Below are positions 37,950-48,008 of a stretch of DNA of 64,000 nucleotides, piece after piece. Every line of letters starts with the position of its first letter. Positions within the stretch are counted from its first letter, which is position 1. Source of the stretch: a virus (lineage: Duplodnaviria > Caudoviricetes). The notes under the pieces are model-generated. The model had not been told where the DNA came from and made no database searches. It saw only the letters and a list, made by a program, of their open reading frames with translations. Location of the stretch: the IMG/VR virus record IMGVR_UViG_3300031992_000007, positions 192,001-256,000 of that record; one strand, 5' to 3'. The position numbers and the translations under genes were made by a program.

Positions 37950-40900
37950 ATGGCACTTGAATTCATGAAGATCCCTGGACTCCAGAAGATCCTCACGTCT
38001 CTGGACTTTAAGTCCTACCTTATCGGTGTGGACAAACTTCCAGACTATCGAGATGCTAGCTTCTGCACCTACTCCATCACGGAGGATGCTGAGGCTAGGT
38101 CGGGCAAGATCTATTACAATCGTGTTCCTCAGGCTAAGGGTGGTTACTCGTACGACCCTTGCTCTCATACCAAGCTGAACGTCGTTGACCACCTCATGGC
38201 TGCGAAGCCCTATGAGATCTGCAAGATCAAACCAGATGCTTTTCTGGTCATTGGTAAGGATGGAGCAGGCGATGGGGCAAGTACTCTCTTCCACTACTGC
38301 ACCTTCGATAACAGTGGCAAGCTTGAGACTGTCAGTCTTGATTCGATCGTTATCAGCAATGATAAATACCTGTACTATTACAGGGATGTCGAATCCAAGT
38401 CTCTCAAGCCCCTTACGTTCATTCAGACCAGTTCTGGTTTGATGATTCGTGCTCGTAGGAACTTCTACGGTAGACCTACAAGTGGCACGGTTGAACCTGG
38501 TGGACTTCCATCTCCTGCAGGTAATACATACTGGTATCTCAATGGTGATAAGTGGACTGCAATACCTAGCTCCACTGTTGGTTCAGTTGCTACCTACGAA
38601 GAGACCAACAACAGGGTTGTCTACCTTCGTGTCAAGACAGATGAAATCAACACACTCAATGCTCTCACTCTCTACAACTGCGGGTGGTACCTTGGTCACG
38701 TTAACAGCGAGACGATCTACAATGTTGACTTGAAGATGGGTGCTCTTACTGAGTACAACATCTCTGCTGGATCTCCCATGGCTGAAAGAGCTCTCAGCTA
38801 CACCAACGACACTGTCTTCGTCCGTGATAAGGTCTACTACATCAAGAAGACTGACCTTGTTCTCGACAAGGTTACAGTCCACAACACTTCCAGCGAACTG
38901 GACGTTTCTATCTACAACGTCAACTGGCTGTTCAGCAACTTCGTAGTGTTGTCCAAGTCTGATCCTGAAATTGGTTATGGTGGTTATGCTTCAGTAGCTG
39001 CATGGAAAGCTGATCATCCTGACTACGAGCTCTACGAAGAGACAACCAACTTCTGGATCCAGCCTGATGGGTTCGTTGGAACTCTCACTCGTAACCACGA
39101 CTGGTACGAGCGTGTAGGTGATCGTTTCCCGTACGCTGGATTTGTGGCTATCGCTACTTCCAAGTACAACGGTCAGCAGATCGGTGGTTTCTACCACGCC
39201 AAGATGAAGGAGTACCAGCTCACTGAGGATACTGTCCATCACTTCAGGTGGTTGGATGAAGATCACACCCAGGCTGAGTCCAAGACGTACTACGAGTGGA
39301 ATGATGCCACTAACGTCTACACTCCCAGGGATGGTAGTCCTGGCAATCTGATCTACCGCGCGGTCGATGGAACAGACTACTTCCAGAAACCCATGACTTC
39401 TGTGTTCGAGGAAGGCGAAACCTACTACACGTACAGCAGCGGTTCTGGTTACACTGAACTCACTGGTTGGACTCCTGTGGATCCTATTCCTGGCAATGTC
39501 TTCATTGACAACAGACCGTTCTACTACAGGAACGGTTGGACGATCACTGAAGTTGAGACCAGGTATGGTGTGACTACAGACACGACAGTTGTTGCTGGTA
39601 AGCAGTACTTCATCTCCACTGGCACCAACTCCTTCAGTCAGATCGGTGTTAGGGAAGACGGTTCCGACTTCTTCACTACCACCAACGATGATGTATTCAA
39701 GGAAGGTAAGCAGTATTACTACTGCGACAGAGACAATGCCAGTAAGACAGGTCTGCAGAAGTTCACCGCTTTCGATTCCTCTGCGTACATCGGTAAGTCT
39801 ATCAACTCTCAGTCGAGGACTATCTACGAACGCAACAAGGATGGTGGCATTCCTACTGAGGTCCAGATCTGTGTCAAGTTCGACAAGTATGATGGAAGAT
39901 TCGATGGCATAACCATCCCGAACGATGTTGATGTCGTTGTCGAGTCTTTGAATGGTGAACCTATTCTCCAGGATGCTTATTACGAAGCCTGCAAGGGCAT
40001 GTATGTCTGGGAGCAGTACTTCATCGAACGTGGCACTTCGGTTACCAAGCCCTACAATGTTCAGGCTGTTTACATCGACAGTGAGTCTAAGGTCACTCTG
40101 AACCTGATGTGGACCGATCCTAAGTTCATGCTCCACAAAGACGACCCGACTATGGCTCCTGATGCGTGGGCTAAGACGGACGTCGACCTGGAGTACGAGA
40201 AGGATGAGAACGGAGCGAAAGTCAAACGAGTCATCCGTCTCGTGTCTGAGGTTGCTACCAACGACGTGTATGCGGACAACTTCTTTACTGTAGATGGTGA
40301 TTCTGCTATCACTTTCGATGGTGCTACCATTAGCAGGAGTGAGTTCTCTACTGCTGTCAAGACTGGTGTTATCAGGATAACTGCAACCGCTGTGACTGGT
40401 ATTACCTCTGAGTATGTAGTTCGTCCTAGCAAGGTTGTGTGGGTCAACTCCACGAAGGGGTTCGTATCCCTTCTTGGTGGTACGGCTGTTACTGGAGTTC
40501 GCTACTACACGATCAACTCCGACGGTAACGAAACCGAACTCGCTGATGTTGTTCCCTATGTGACGGATGTAAGCTCTGACAAGATCTACATCAAGTACCA
40601 GAAGGAGATCGAGACTTACGTTGATGACGACAATGGCGTCAAACGTATGATCATCATCGGTGACAGTGCTCACAAGGACGGAACTATCGTGCCAGAGAAC
40701 GTTGGACTCTTCACTCGTGTTACCGAGAACCCTGAAATAACAGTCAGGGAGATCGTTCGTGCTGGTCTGTTCGACAAACTCTTCGCTTCTGCTAGTGGTG
40801 GGTATAACCTAACTGGCGCTCTGCTTGGACAGGTTCCTCTTACAACAGCTGTAGGTAGCAACCCCGATCTAGCCAATGTAACTGTGGTTGACTCTGACGG

Positions 40901-42662
40901 TGTGTCCCTCGGGTACAACATCGAACAGGGTTACGTTGACGTGCTCCAGGGAGAGACTAGAGAGTACATCACTCTCGATCCTCACCATGTTTACTACACG
41001 AGGCAGAGTGTTACCGAGAAGGCGTGTAATGCTGATGAGGCAGATGCCAACAACGTCTACTACGAGTTCGCTAAAGTTGTCGACATCACTAAGTTCTACG
41101 AGGATACATCGGGTAGGTTCAGCAACACTGAGGCGAACAAGGGTATCCTGTTCTCCAGGTCTAGCGACCTCCCTCACTACAGACACTACATCAACTCCAA
41201 GAATGTGGTTGTCCGTGGAGCTACCGATCTGTTCGAAGTTGGTGTGACATACAGCGTTCGTAAGGAAGGAGTTGTGGAGTTCGTGACTCTGCATCCTGAC
41301 TATCGTGGACCTGACTCTGGTGAACCCAAGGTTACCACTACTCAGTATTACTACTATACTGGAGTGGCAGGTGATCTGTGGGATGCTATCACAATGAAGT
41401 CTGCTGCTATCCAACCGGCCAATGGGGCAGTCTATTTGGATCAGCCTTCCAACGGCAAAGCTAATAGGCTGTACAAGGTAACAACTGGTACATTCGAATC
41501 CGGCAAGATCTATTACGGAAAGACCAAGACTGTTGGACAAGCTGGAGCACCGTCGACTTACAGTCTTCCGGTCAAACTCGATGCAGGGGTGGATTACGAG
41601 GTAGATGGTGATATCGCCGATAAAGCCTCTGAGACTAACCTGATCTACAGGGTAGATGTGGAAGACATCGATACTAACGAGGCTGACTTCTCTGCCTCTT
41701 GGGCTAGAGAGGATAGTACTAGTGTCGAAGGGTATGGTCTGTGGAAGTTCATGGGGTGGAAGTTCTATCCTAACAGGAAGTACTACATCCACTACAACGA
41801 TACTCCTGGTGGTCCTGCTGAGTACCATATCGGGGAGAATGTGCTTGCTTGGTCCAGCGCTCATGACACTGCTGTGTACGTTGAACGTCCTGGTGTGAGT
41901 GAGTTCCTTGACGTCACTGACTTCGGTATCGATGCCCTTCGTGGTTGTACAGTTCCTCTGTACATCAAGGATAAGGCTATCGTCGACAAGAAGAAACAAG
42001 ACGTCTATGTCGCATTGGACAGACCTAGACACAGTGCTACCTTCAGGTATCAATATCCATTGAACCAACAGGCATTCGTGCAGGCTTTAGGTGCAGATCC
42101 ATCTAAGGTATACTGGGATGAGTCTGGCATCAGGTCAACGCTTGCTCAGTTGGAACCGACCCTTGGTGACGATCCTGATGAAACTATGTTCCAGAAGTAC
42201 ATGGACTATGTGGAGTTCTATGAGAATCACATCATCCCTGCGATCTCCACTGTGTTCAAGAACTGGAGAGTTGTCGGTGAAGGAGAAGGAACACGAGTTG
42301 AATTCGATACTGCTCGAGTATTCGACAAGTTCTGGATACCTTGCTTAGGCAACTTCGTTCAAGATGAAGTCTACGACCACGTGAATGGTGCGGTCATCTC
42401 TGGTATTCCTTCTGAGGATGGTGGACTTGACTTGTATGCCAAGGGCATAGGTCAGGCTCACAACGCAGAAGCACTGAAGATGGCTCGTCAGATCCACTCG
42501 TCGGCGTCTTCAAATACACATGTGGTCTGGGCACTTCGTACTTGTCCTAGGTACACTGCAGGCGGAACTCCGGTGGTGATTGCTGTTGATGCAGATGGCA
42601 ACTTCGTCACTCGGAACAAGCTGACCTCTCTGTATATCGTTCCTCACTTCACGATCGCTTAA
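37950..42662 (+). CDS. Very large tail/receptor-binding paralogue, 1570 aa
   Basis: AAGGAG RBS; TxD...GK.YY repeats; WTDP...WAKT motif; C-terminal YWDESGIRSTL, DKFWIP, WALRT...IVPHFTIA. Confidence 0.75.
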   Translation: MALEFMKIPGLQKILTSLDFKSYLIGVDKLPDYRDASFCTYSITEDAEARSGKIYYNRVPQAKGGYSYDPCSHTKLNVVDHLMAAKPYEICKIKPDAFLVIGKDGAGDGASTLFHYCTFDNSGKLETVSLDSIVISNDKYLYYYRDVESKSLKPLTFIQTSSGLMIRARRNFYGRPTSGTVEPGGLPSPAGNTYWYLNGDKWTAIPSSTVGSVATYEETNNRVVYLRVKTDEINTLNALTLYNCGWYLGHVNSETIYNVDLKMGALTEYNISAGSPMAERALSYTNDTVFVRDKVYYIKKTDLVLDKVTVHNTSSELDVSIYNVNWLFSNFVVLSKSDPEIGYGGYASVAAWKADHPDYELYEETTNFWIQPDGFVGTLTRNHDWYERVGDRFPYAGFVAIATSKYNGQQIGGFYHAKMKEYQLTEDTVHHFRWLDEDHTQAESKTYYEWNDATNVYTPRDGSPGNLIYRAVDGTDYFQKPMTSVFEEGETYYTYSSGSGYTELTGWTPVDPIPGNVFIDNRPFYYRNGWTITEVETRYGVTTDTTVVAGKQYFISTGTNSFSQIGVREDGSDFFTTTNDDVFKEGKQYYYCDRDNASKTGLQKFTAFDSSAYIGKSINSQSRTIYERNKDGGIPTEVQICVKFDKYDGRFDGITIPNDVDVVVESLNGEPILQDAYYEACKGMYVWEQYFIERGTSVTKPYNVQAVYIDSESKVTLNLMWTDPKFMLHKDDPTMAPDAWAKTDVDLEYEKDENGAKVKRVIRLVSEVATNDVYADNFFTVDGDSAITFDGATISRSEFSTAVKTGVIRITATAVTGITSEYVVRPSKVVWVNSTKGFVSLLGGTAVTGVRYYTINSDGNETELADVVPYVTDVSSDKIYIKYQKEIETYVDDDNGVKRMIIIGDSAHKDGTIVPENVGLFTRVTENPEITVREIVRAGLFDKLFASASGGYNLTGALLGQVPLTTAVGSNPDLANVTVVDSDGVSLGYNIEQGYVDVLQGETREYITLDPHHVYYTRQSVTEKACNADEADANNVYYEFAKVVDITKFYEDTSGRFSNTEANKGILFSRSSDLPHYRHYINSKNVVVRGATDLFEVGVTYSVRKEGVVEFVTLHPDYRGPDSGEPKVTTTQYYYYTGVAGDLWDAITMKSAAIQPANGAVYLDQPSNGKANRLYKVTTGTFESGKIYYGKTKTVGQAGAPSTYSLPVKLDAGVDYEVDGDIADKASETNLIYRVDVEDIDTNEADFSASWAREDSTSVEGYGLWKFMGWKFYPNRKYYIHYNDTPGGPAEYHIGENVLAWSSAHDTAVYVERPGVSEFLDVTDFGIDALRGCTVPLYIKDKAIVDKKKQDVYVALDRPRHSATFRYQYPLNQQAFVQALGADPSKVYWDESGIRSTLAQLEPTLGDDPDETMFQKYMDYVEFYENHIIPAISTVFKNWRVVGEGEGTRVEFDTARVFDKFWIPCLGNFVQDEVYDHVNGAVISGIPSEDGGLDLYAKGIGQAHNAEALKMARQIHSSASSNTHVVWALRTCPRYTAGGTPVVIAVDADGNFVTRNKLTSLYIVPHFTIA

Positions 42663-42676
42663 GAGATCAATACTGG

Positions 42677-42724
42677 CCCTCTCTACCCTTCGTGGGTAGA
42701 GAGGGTTGGTTGCTTTTATTTTTT
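42677..42724 (+). terminator. Intrinsic terminator of the 1570-aa gene
   Basis: CCCTCTCTACCC-ttcgt-GGGTAGAGAGGG followed by a T-rich run. Confidence 0.75.
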
Positions 42725-42725
42725 A

Positions 42726-43269
42726 GGAGGTGTAGGATCTATAAGCAAGATGGCGTTGTGGTTAGTCTTAGGATTTCAGCACAACACAATGATAAACAAT
42801 CAAGATTTTTCGTGGTGGAACAACACTAGATTCAGTCATCTTGCAAACTCAGAACAGATAAGGCTCTCCTGGAGGTGACTATATTGGTCCAGAATCAGAT
42901 AAATTTGAAAACCACCGGAATGCAAATTGTCAACACAAATCTTCAGGACTAGCACAGGGTGTAGAAGTTAATGGATCGAATACAAATAAGCTAGCATGGC
43001 TCTCCAATGAGGTGGAAACTTCTTAATTGAAATAGGCAAAGGTGGAGGTTGGATACGTGGTGCAACAGACGGCTGGGGACTAATGCCACAAATGGAACGC
43101 AACACTGAATCCAATGGAACTAAAAGACACGAAAGGCTCTCCAGGTGGATTCGGTATTCTGTCAGCAACTCCTTGGTATGTCTACGCAGGTGGGAATGAA
43201 AATTTTAATGGCGCAGTGGTATCATCATTGATTTCCATTAATATAAACTATTTCCCCAAAGGGCTCTCC
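42726..43269 (+). repeat. Silent cassette array 1 (4 cassettes)
   Basis: GGCTCTCC ends at 42869, 43005, 43142 and 43269. Each unit reads open from GGT to CTC-TCC: GVGSISKMALW...EQIRLS; GDYIGPESDK...KLAWLS; GGNFLIEIGK...RHERLS; GGFGILSATP...FPKGLS. Confidence 0.9.
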
Positions 43270-43300
43270 TCCACTAACTCCCAAAAAAAAATAAAAGAGC

Positions 43301-43328
43301 CACCAGGGTCCCCGCGGGGACCCTGGTG
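43301..43328 (-). terminator. Intrinsic terminator of the minus-strand operon
   Basis: CACCAGGGTCCC-cgcg-GGGACCCTGGTG with an adjacent A-run on the + strand. Confidence 0.75.
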
Positions 43329-43345
43329 CTCCAACCCTTTAGTAT

Positions 43346-43489
43346 CTACTTCTTCTTTTCCGGATCCTTGTCCTTCGGACCACGGAAACTTTCCACAGCA
43401 ACTCCGATGCCCAGTATAACTGCACCCGATAGTACAACGAACCCGATGCTCAACCCGAATATCCCCAGTATAACCTTGAGTGTTTCCAT
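43346..43489 (-). CDS. Small membrane protein, 47 aa
   Basis: Hand translation METLKVILGIFGLSIGFVVLSGAVILGIGVAVESFRGPKDKDPEKKK; TGATG overlap with the upstream stop. Confidence 0.55.
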   Translation of the reverse strand: METLKVILGIFGLSIGFVVLSGAVILGIGVAVESFRGPKDKDPEKKK

Positions 43490-43848
43490 CAAAATCCCTC
43501 CAGTACATACTGTACACCAGCGGGCGCATGCTCGTTGAGTGTAGATTCCAGCTCTTTCGTAATACGCGCTAATGCCTCTTGACTTATTTCTTGGTTAACT
43601 GGCATTGGTTTTCTACCATAACCACCAATTACTTCACACGATAAGATCTGAGGCTGGCTGCACTTCTGATTGAACTGGATAACCTCTTGCAGCTGTTTAA
43701 GATGCGTTGGATGAAGTCTGCTGGATCCATCGTCTCTCGTTGTCTGTTCCATCATCGACCTACACACAGGACAGAATACCCCGTGGAAGTCTTTAGTGTC
43801 GACCATCTCAAGACCTTTGGGGCTCCCACAGCAGTCACACTTCAACAT
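43489..43848 (-). CDS. Zn-ribbon protein
   Basis: GGGAGG RBS before MLKCDCCG; CPVC second pair. Confidence 0.6.
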   Translation of the reverse strand: MLKCDCCGSPKGLEMVDTKDFHGVFCPVCRSMMEQTTRDDGSSRLHPTHLKQLQEVIQFNQKCSQPQILSCEVIGGYGRKPMPVNQEISQEALARITKELESTLNEHAPAGVQYVLEGF

Positions 43849-44218
43849 CGCTACCCTCCCTTCTTTTACCATGATGCTGATGACCCCTAGAAGCCTCAGC
43901 AAGGATGGCAACGCGAAGGTAGAGCTTGTCATATCCGTTTGCAGCCTCAACCACAGGAACTTCTTTCTTCCAGAAGAGCCCTCTTTTCAGATAGGTCTCA
44001 GGAACGAAGACGTTGTAGTTGATCTCATCGGAACAGTAGTAGACAGGTGTGCCGTCAGCGATCTCCATCAGTGCATCAAGGTTGCCCTTGACAGTGTCAT
44101 TAAGATCAGAGTAGTCGTACACATTGCGTATTACATACAGTGAGCCTTCAGCCCTACGATATGGGGTATTGGGCAACAATTTAATCGTATCGCCCCTACC
44201 GAACTTTGGTATTCTCAT
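43835..44218 (-). CDS. Hypothetical protein, 127 aa
   Basis: AAGGAG RBS. Confidence 0.55.
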   Translation of the reverse strand: MRIPKFGRGDTIKLLPNTPYRRAEGSLYVIRNVYDYSDLNDTVKGNLDALMEIADGTPVYYCSDEINYNVFVPETYLKRGLFWKKEVPVVEAANGYDKLYLRVAILAEASRGHQHHGKRREGSDVEV

Positions 44219-44334
44219 TGGTTTAACTCCTTTCAGATGATGAGTTTAACATTGTAGTAATTTATAAATGAAAAATGTAGCAGACCTCAGGCCCTCTTGC
44301 GAGGACCCGAGGATCTAGGAGCTTCCCATTTAAA

Positions 44335-44805
44335 TCATTCTTCAGACGATGTGTCAGTCGAACCTTTACCTTCCCACGGACCAAGCTCGTCCTCCCACGC
44401 GGTGTACCAACTACGAGGTTCCGCGTAATCATCACCGAGCTGACGGGCCTCATACTCCATCGCAGTATCGTACTGCTGGAGTTCGAGAAGCACCATGATC
44501 AACTGCATATCTCCAGTGGACTTAGCCAAGCCCATAGCGAGAGCAACTTCTTTGGTCTCAGGGTCAACACCATCGCCGAACGCGGCACGGAAGGTCTTGA
44601 GAGTAGGATGCTCTTCACAGAACTCCGGATACGTGGTGTTGAGATAAGCACGAATGTTCAGAGCCGCATCGTGGAAGGTCTTCATGGCGGCACGCCAGTC
44701 AGTCTCATCCGTCGTATTGGGCACCTTCTTGGAGCGCTTCACAGCTTCCTTGATGAGACGCTCTTCCTCAAGAACCTTTTGCGCATTTTTGACGATCACT
44801 GCCAT
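44335..44805 (-). CDS. Hypothetical protein, 156 aa
   Basis: AAGGAG RBS; strong codon bias; hairpin downstream. Confidence 0.7.
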   Translation of the reverse strand: MAVIVKNAQKVLEEERLIKEAVKRSKKVPNTTDETDWRAAMKTFHDAALNIRAYLNTTYPEFCEEHPTLKTFRAAFGDGVDPETKEVALAMGLAKSTGDMQLIMVLLELQQYDTAMEYEARQLGDDYAEPRSWYTAWEDELGPWEGKGSTDTSSEE

Positions 44806-44935
44806 TTGATTTCTCCTTTGAAATAAGAGTTAGTATATGATAGATCTGGGCAATATTATGCACGCAAATTCTGGTGCACTACCCAAAGGGTCTCACTGTC
44901 GAGACTCATATGATTTATAAAGGAGAATATCAACC

Positions 44936-45502
44936 ATGACCAAGCTTCTTCCTAATGAGATCGCCTGCAAGATCCCCGGTGTACAGATCGTCATGACCCT
45001 TCCTGTATTCCGTACGTCCAAGATCGAGGAGACGATCGATATCCCTGCCAAGACCTCGTATGGTCTTACTGGCGACAAGACCTTCCAGGAAGGGAAGACG
45101 TATTACACTGAAGAAGGTTACCGTGACTCCGACCTCACTTACAAAGAAGCTGAGGTTGTTGTCGGCGATCCTGTTCCTGCCAACACCTACTACGAGGAAA
45201 CCTCTACTGAGGCTATAAGTGGTGCTCAGTGCTCTACTATCTACGAAAGCTACACGGATGGTGTGTGGGTCGACACTATCAAACTCCCTGATGGTGGGCA
45301 TCGTCTCAAGAGCAGAGAGCACGCTATTGAGATCATCAGGACACAGATCTTCACGTACGAACAGAATGGCAAGACGTACACAGATTCGACGAAGTATCAT
45401 GCTCTTGGACTGTGGTCTAACAGAGAGACTTTGAAGTACATCCCGATCCATCTGCGTCTGGACTCTGATGTCTACGGAGAGAGTCCTCGTTTGTTCCGCT
45501 AA
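44936..45502 (+). CDS. Structural protein carrying one TxDxxFxxGKxYY module, 188 aa
   Basis: AAGGAG RBS; TGDKTFQEGKTYY...VGDPVPANTYYE. Confidence 0.7.
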   Translation: MTKLLPNEIACKIPGVQIVMTLPVFRTSKIEETIDIPAKTSYGLTGDKTFQEGKTYYTEEGYRDSDLTYKEAEVVVGDPVPANTYYEETSTEAISGAQCSTIYESYTDGVWVDTIKLPDGGHRLKSREHAIEIIRTQIFTYEQNGKTYTDSTKYHALGLWSNRETLKYIPIHLRLDSDVYGESPRLFR

Positions 45503-45559
45503 GAAGAAAAGAAAGTGGATCCCTAGGTCGCCCTTAGGTGGGCGACCTAGGTTAGCTAT

Positions 45560-46168
45560 TTATTCGTTGAACAGGAACTTCTGGAAGATGATGACGCACT
45601 TCCTAAGATGATCACCGACACACAACCACCCGATGATGGGTGAGACGATGATCATGATAGCAGTTACTTTCCATTTGAACTTGTCATCCTCATCTTGCCT
45701 CTGTTTGAGACACTCGAGTTCGTCGACTATTTCCTTCTGGTTGTTCTCCAACTTCACGAAGTTCTTAGCCATCCGATTCATCTTATCAACAACAGCTGCG
45801 TACTCCATTTGATGTTTGACAGCATCCTTCTCATACTTAGAGAGTTTGTTGCCGTAATCATCAAGAAGGTCGATCATCTGTCTGATGAAGACAGCGTTGT
45901 TGGTCATGAGTGAGATGAGCTTGTCTACACGTTGAGCTATGGCAGTATTATCCTTGGCAACTTGATCTTTAAGGGTGCAGAGCTGCTCCTCTATATTCCG
46001 TCTGCCCTGATCATACACACTGAACTTGTCAAGCAGGGCATTCTTGAGAGCATCTGCTCCAAGACTTTCAACAGCTTGAGTGAAGGACATAGTGCGAAGG
46101 GCTTTGGTGAGAGGATCATCAGGAAGCTCTTGCATCTGATCCTGATCCTGATGTTCGAAGTCACTCAT
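45560..46168 (-). CDS. Coiled-coil protein with a C-terminal TM helix, 202 aa
   Basis: Heptad-rich body, then VTAIMIIVSPIIGWLCVG. Confidence 0.65.
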   Translation of the reverse strand: MSDFEHQDQDQMQELPDDPLTKALRTMSFTQAVESLGADALKNALLDKFSVYDQGRRNIEEQLCTLKDQVAKDNTAIAQRVDKLISLMTNNAVFIRQMIDLLDDYGNKLSKYEKDAVKHQMEYAAVVDKMNRMAKNFVKLENNQKEIVDELECLKQRQDEDDKFKWKVTAIMIIVSPIIGWLCVGDHLRKCVIIFQKFLFNE

Positions 46169-46187
46169 CTCAGTAAGTCTTTCGTAG

Positions 46188-47117
46188 TTAGTTCATCGCC
46201 TTGTAGATGGCGTTGATGTTGAGGACAGTATTGTGTTCCAGTGACATCTGTCTTGTTGCAGCCAGGGAGTAGCTATCGAACACGAGGGCGATCTGTTTGG
46301 CAGTTTCACCAAGGTTGACAATATCCTTGTTAGAAACCAGACCAGCCTCTATCTTCCCGTCCTTGACTAATCCAACAATACCTCTGATTATAGCTTCCAT
46401 CTCTGTAGCCATGTCAGCAAGTTTGTGGACATCCTGGAGTCTTGATTCAAGAGCAAGTAGTTTCTTGATAGACGCTCCGATATCAGCAACAGCAGCATAA
46501 GCCTTAGTGCACTCTATCTGATCAGCTCTATCGGAACCGAAGTCCTTCTGACATTTCATCACAGCTGGTTTGCTGGACTTGATAACAGTCTGGATGTAGT
46601 TGGCTGCAGAGGCAATGTGCTTGGTAACAGACTTGTCTCCATTGCTAAGCTGAGCGAAGACTTCCTGCAGAGCAGTCTGCATCGTCCTTGCAGTCTCGAT
46701 AGCGTTAAGCTGGATGTAAATCAGACCAAGAGTATCGATAGCTTCACAATAGGTGGTTGTCATACCCGCAGGCGCATACACCTTGAGGTTAGCGGGGAAC
46801 TGTCCAAGCGAGTTGCTGACAACACTGACCTTCATCCTGTTGGACTGGACGAACTCACTCAGCTCAGACCTCTTGAGTTTTTTGTGAAGCTTGGTGACGT
46901 TGGTCACGAAGGTTGCCAGAAGCCCAGTGAAAGTATCCGCAACAGCTACCAACGCTCTTCCGAAGATATTGCCAGCAAGTGATTCCTGAGATTCAACAGG
47001 AAGACCACGGATCTCAGCAAGAGCCGCATCGACTTTACTACTGACTTCCGTATAGAGGGGCATAACTCCTAGATAGGGATCAGTAGCAGAAGTGATGAAA
47101 GATGATTTAAGTTTCAT
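46188..47117 (-). CDS. Putative internal head/virion protein, 309 aa
   Basis: AAGGAG RBS; S-x-E site (ESQES) followed by an amphipathic helix, as in phiKZ-like head proteins. Confidence 0.55.
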   Translation of the reverse strand: MKLKSSFITSATDPYLGVMPLYTEVSSKVDAALAEIRGLPVESQESLAGNIFGRALVAVADTFTGLLATFVTNVTKLHKKLKRSELSEFVQSNRMKVSVVSNSLGQFPANLKVYAPAGMTTTYCEAIDTLGLIYIQLNAIETARTMQTALQEVFAQLSNGDKSVTKHIASAANYIQTVIKSSKPAVMKCQKDFGSDRADQIECTKAYAAVADIGASIKKLLALESRLQDVHKLADMATEMEAIIRGIVGLVKDGKIEAGLVSNKDIVNLGETAKQIALVFDSYSLAATRQMSLEHNTVLNINAIYKAMN

Positions 47118-47204
47118 AAAACTCCTTGTAAACTTTAGAGTGGACTATAAAATTGCAGAACCATCCTTCTCCCACAAGGGGAGAAGGACGATCCTAGCAT
47201 TTGT

Positions 47205-48008
47205 TTAACCTTCAGTGGTAACAGCAGCTTTCTCTTCCTCCTCTTCAGTTGGAGGAATATAGGCTTTGGTGCACCTCTTGATCTGGGTGTACAAGAACTT
47301 GATGAGAGTGTTTCTAACTGCCACCATGTTCTTGATGTGTTTCACCATGATCTTCTTGTCCACCTTCATGCTATCTTTCTCTTGCTTGCTGTAGACAGCT
47401 TTGATAAGAGTCTGATAGTGCATGTTGATGGAGACAAGCATCTTGGACTTGTTCACGAGATCTATCTGACGGATGAGCTCTTCTGCCAACTGTTTCCCGT
47501 TAGCACTCCAATTCACTTCCTCCACAGTCTTCTTGAACTCTAGAGGAGATGAGACATTGGACTTTCCTTTCCCCATACCCCAGTCGCCCATCTTGAACTT
47601 ATCCATGTGAACGACACCATCTTCTCGATACTCGATACCAACATCTTCGAAGTCCTTGCCTATGTACTCTTCCAACTTGATAACATCGCCACCACGGAGT
47701 TTGGCAAGTATCTCATTGGTAGTCTGAAGTGCGACCATAGCCAAAGCTAAGTCTTTTGGAAGCACAGCCTTGATAACCGTCTCCTGATCGAGGTGATCGA
47801 ATACTTCTGCACGAAGCATCTCCTTGAGTTTCTTGGACATAGTTTCCTGATGTCCGAACATCTCAAGAACTCGATCCTTGGTAGCTTCCCATATTTCCTT
47901 AAGGCCTTCTTCTGAACACGTGATCCCGTCGGAAGCCAAGTAGAGTTTAAGGTTCTCTACACTTGGGTTGAACAACTGAAGTTCTTCATTGAAGTTCATT
48001 TTAAACAC
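47205..48008 (-). CDS. Putative internal head protein, 267 aa
   Basis: SEEGLKEIWEATK: an S-x-E cleavage-like site followed by the conserved amphipathic helix. Confidence 0.55.
   Translation of the reverse strand: MFKMNFNEELQLFNPSVENLKLYLASDGITCSEEGLKEIWEATKDRVLEMFGHQETMSKKLKEMLRAEVFDHLDQETVIKAVLPKDLALAMVALQTTNEILAKLRGGDVIKLEEYIGKDFEDVGIEYREDGVVHMDKFKMGDWGMGKGKSNVSSPLEFKKTVEEVNWSANGKQLAEELIRQIDLVNKSKMLVSINMHYQTLIKAVYSKQEKDSMKVDKKIMVKHIKNMVAVRNTLIKFLYTQIKRCTKAYIPPTEEEEEKAAVTTEG

Noticed and set aside
42500-42662. The 1570-aa gene as a second cassette target, since array 1 follows it directly
   Set aside because: Its 3' end lacks both the GGAGGT and GGCTCTCC anchors, and a terminator separates it from the array.
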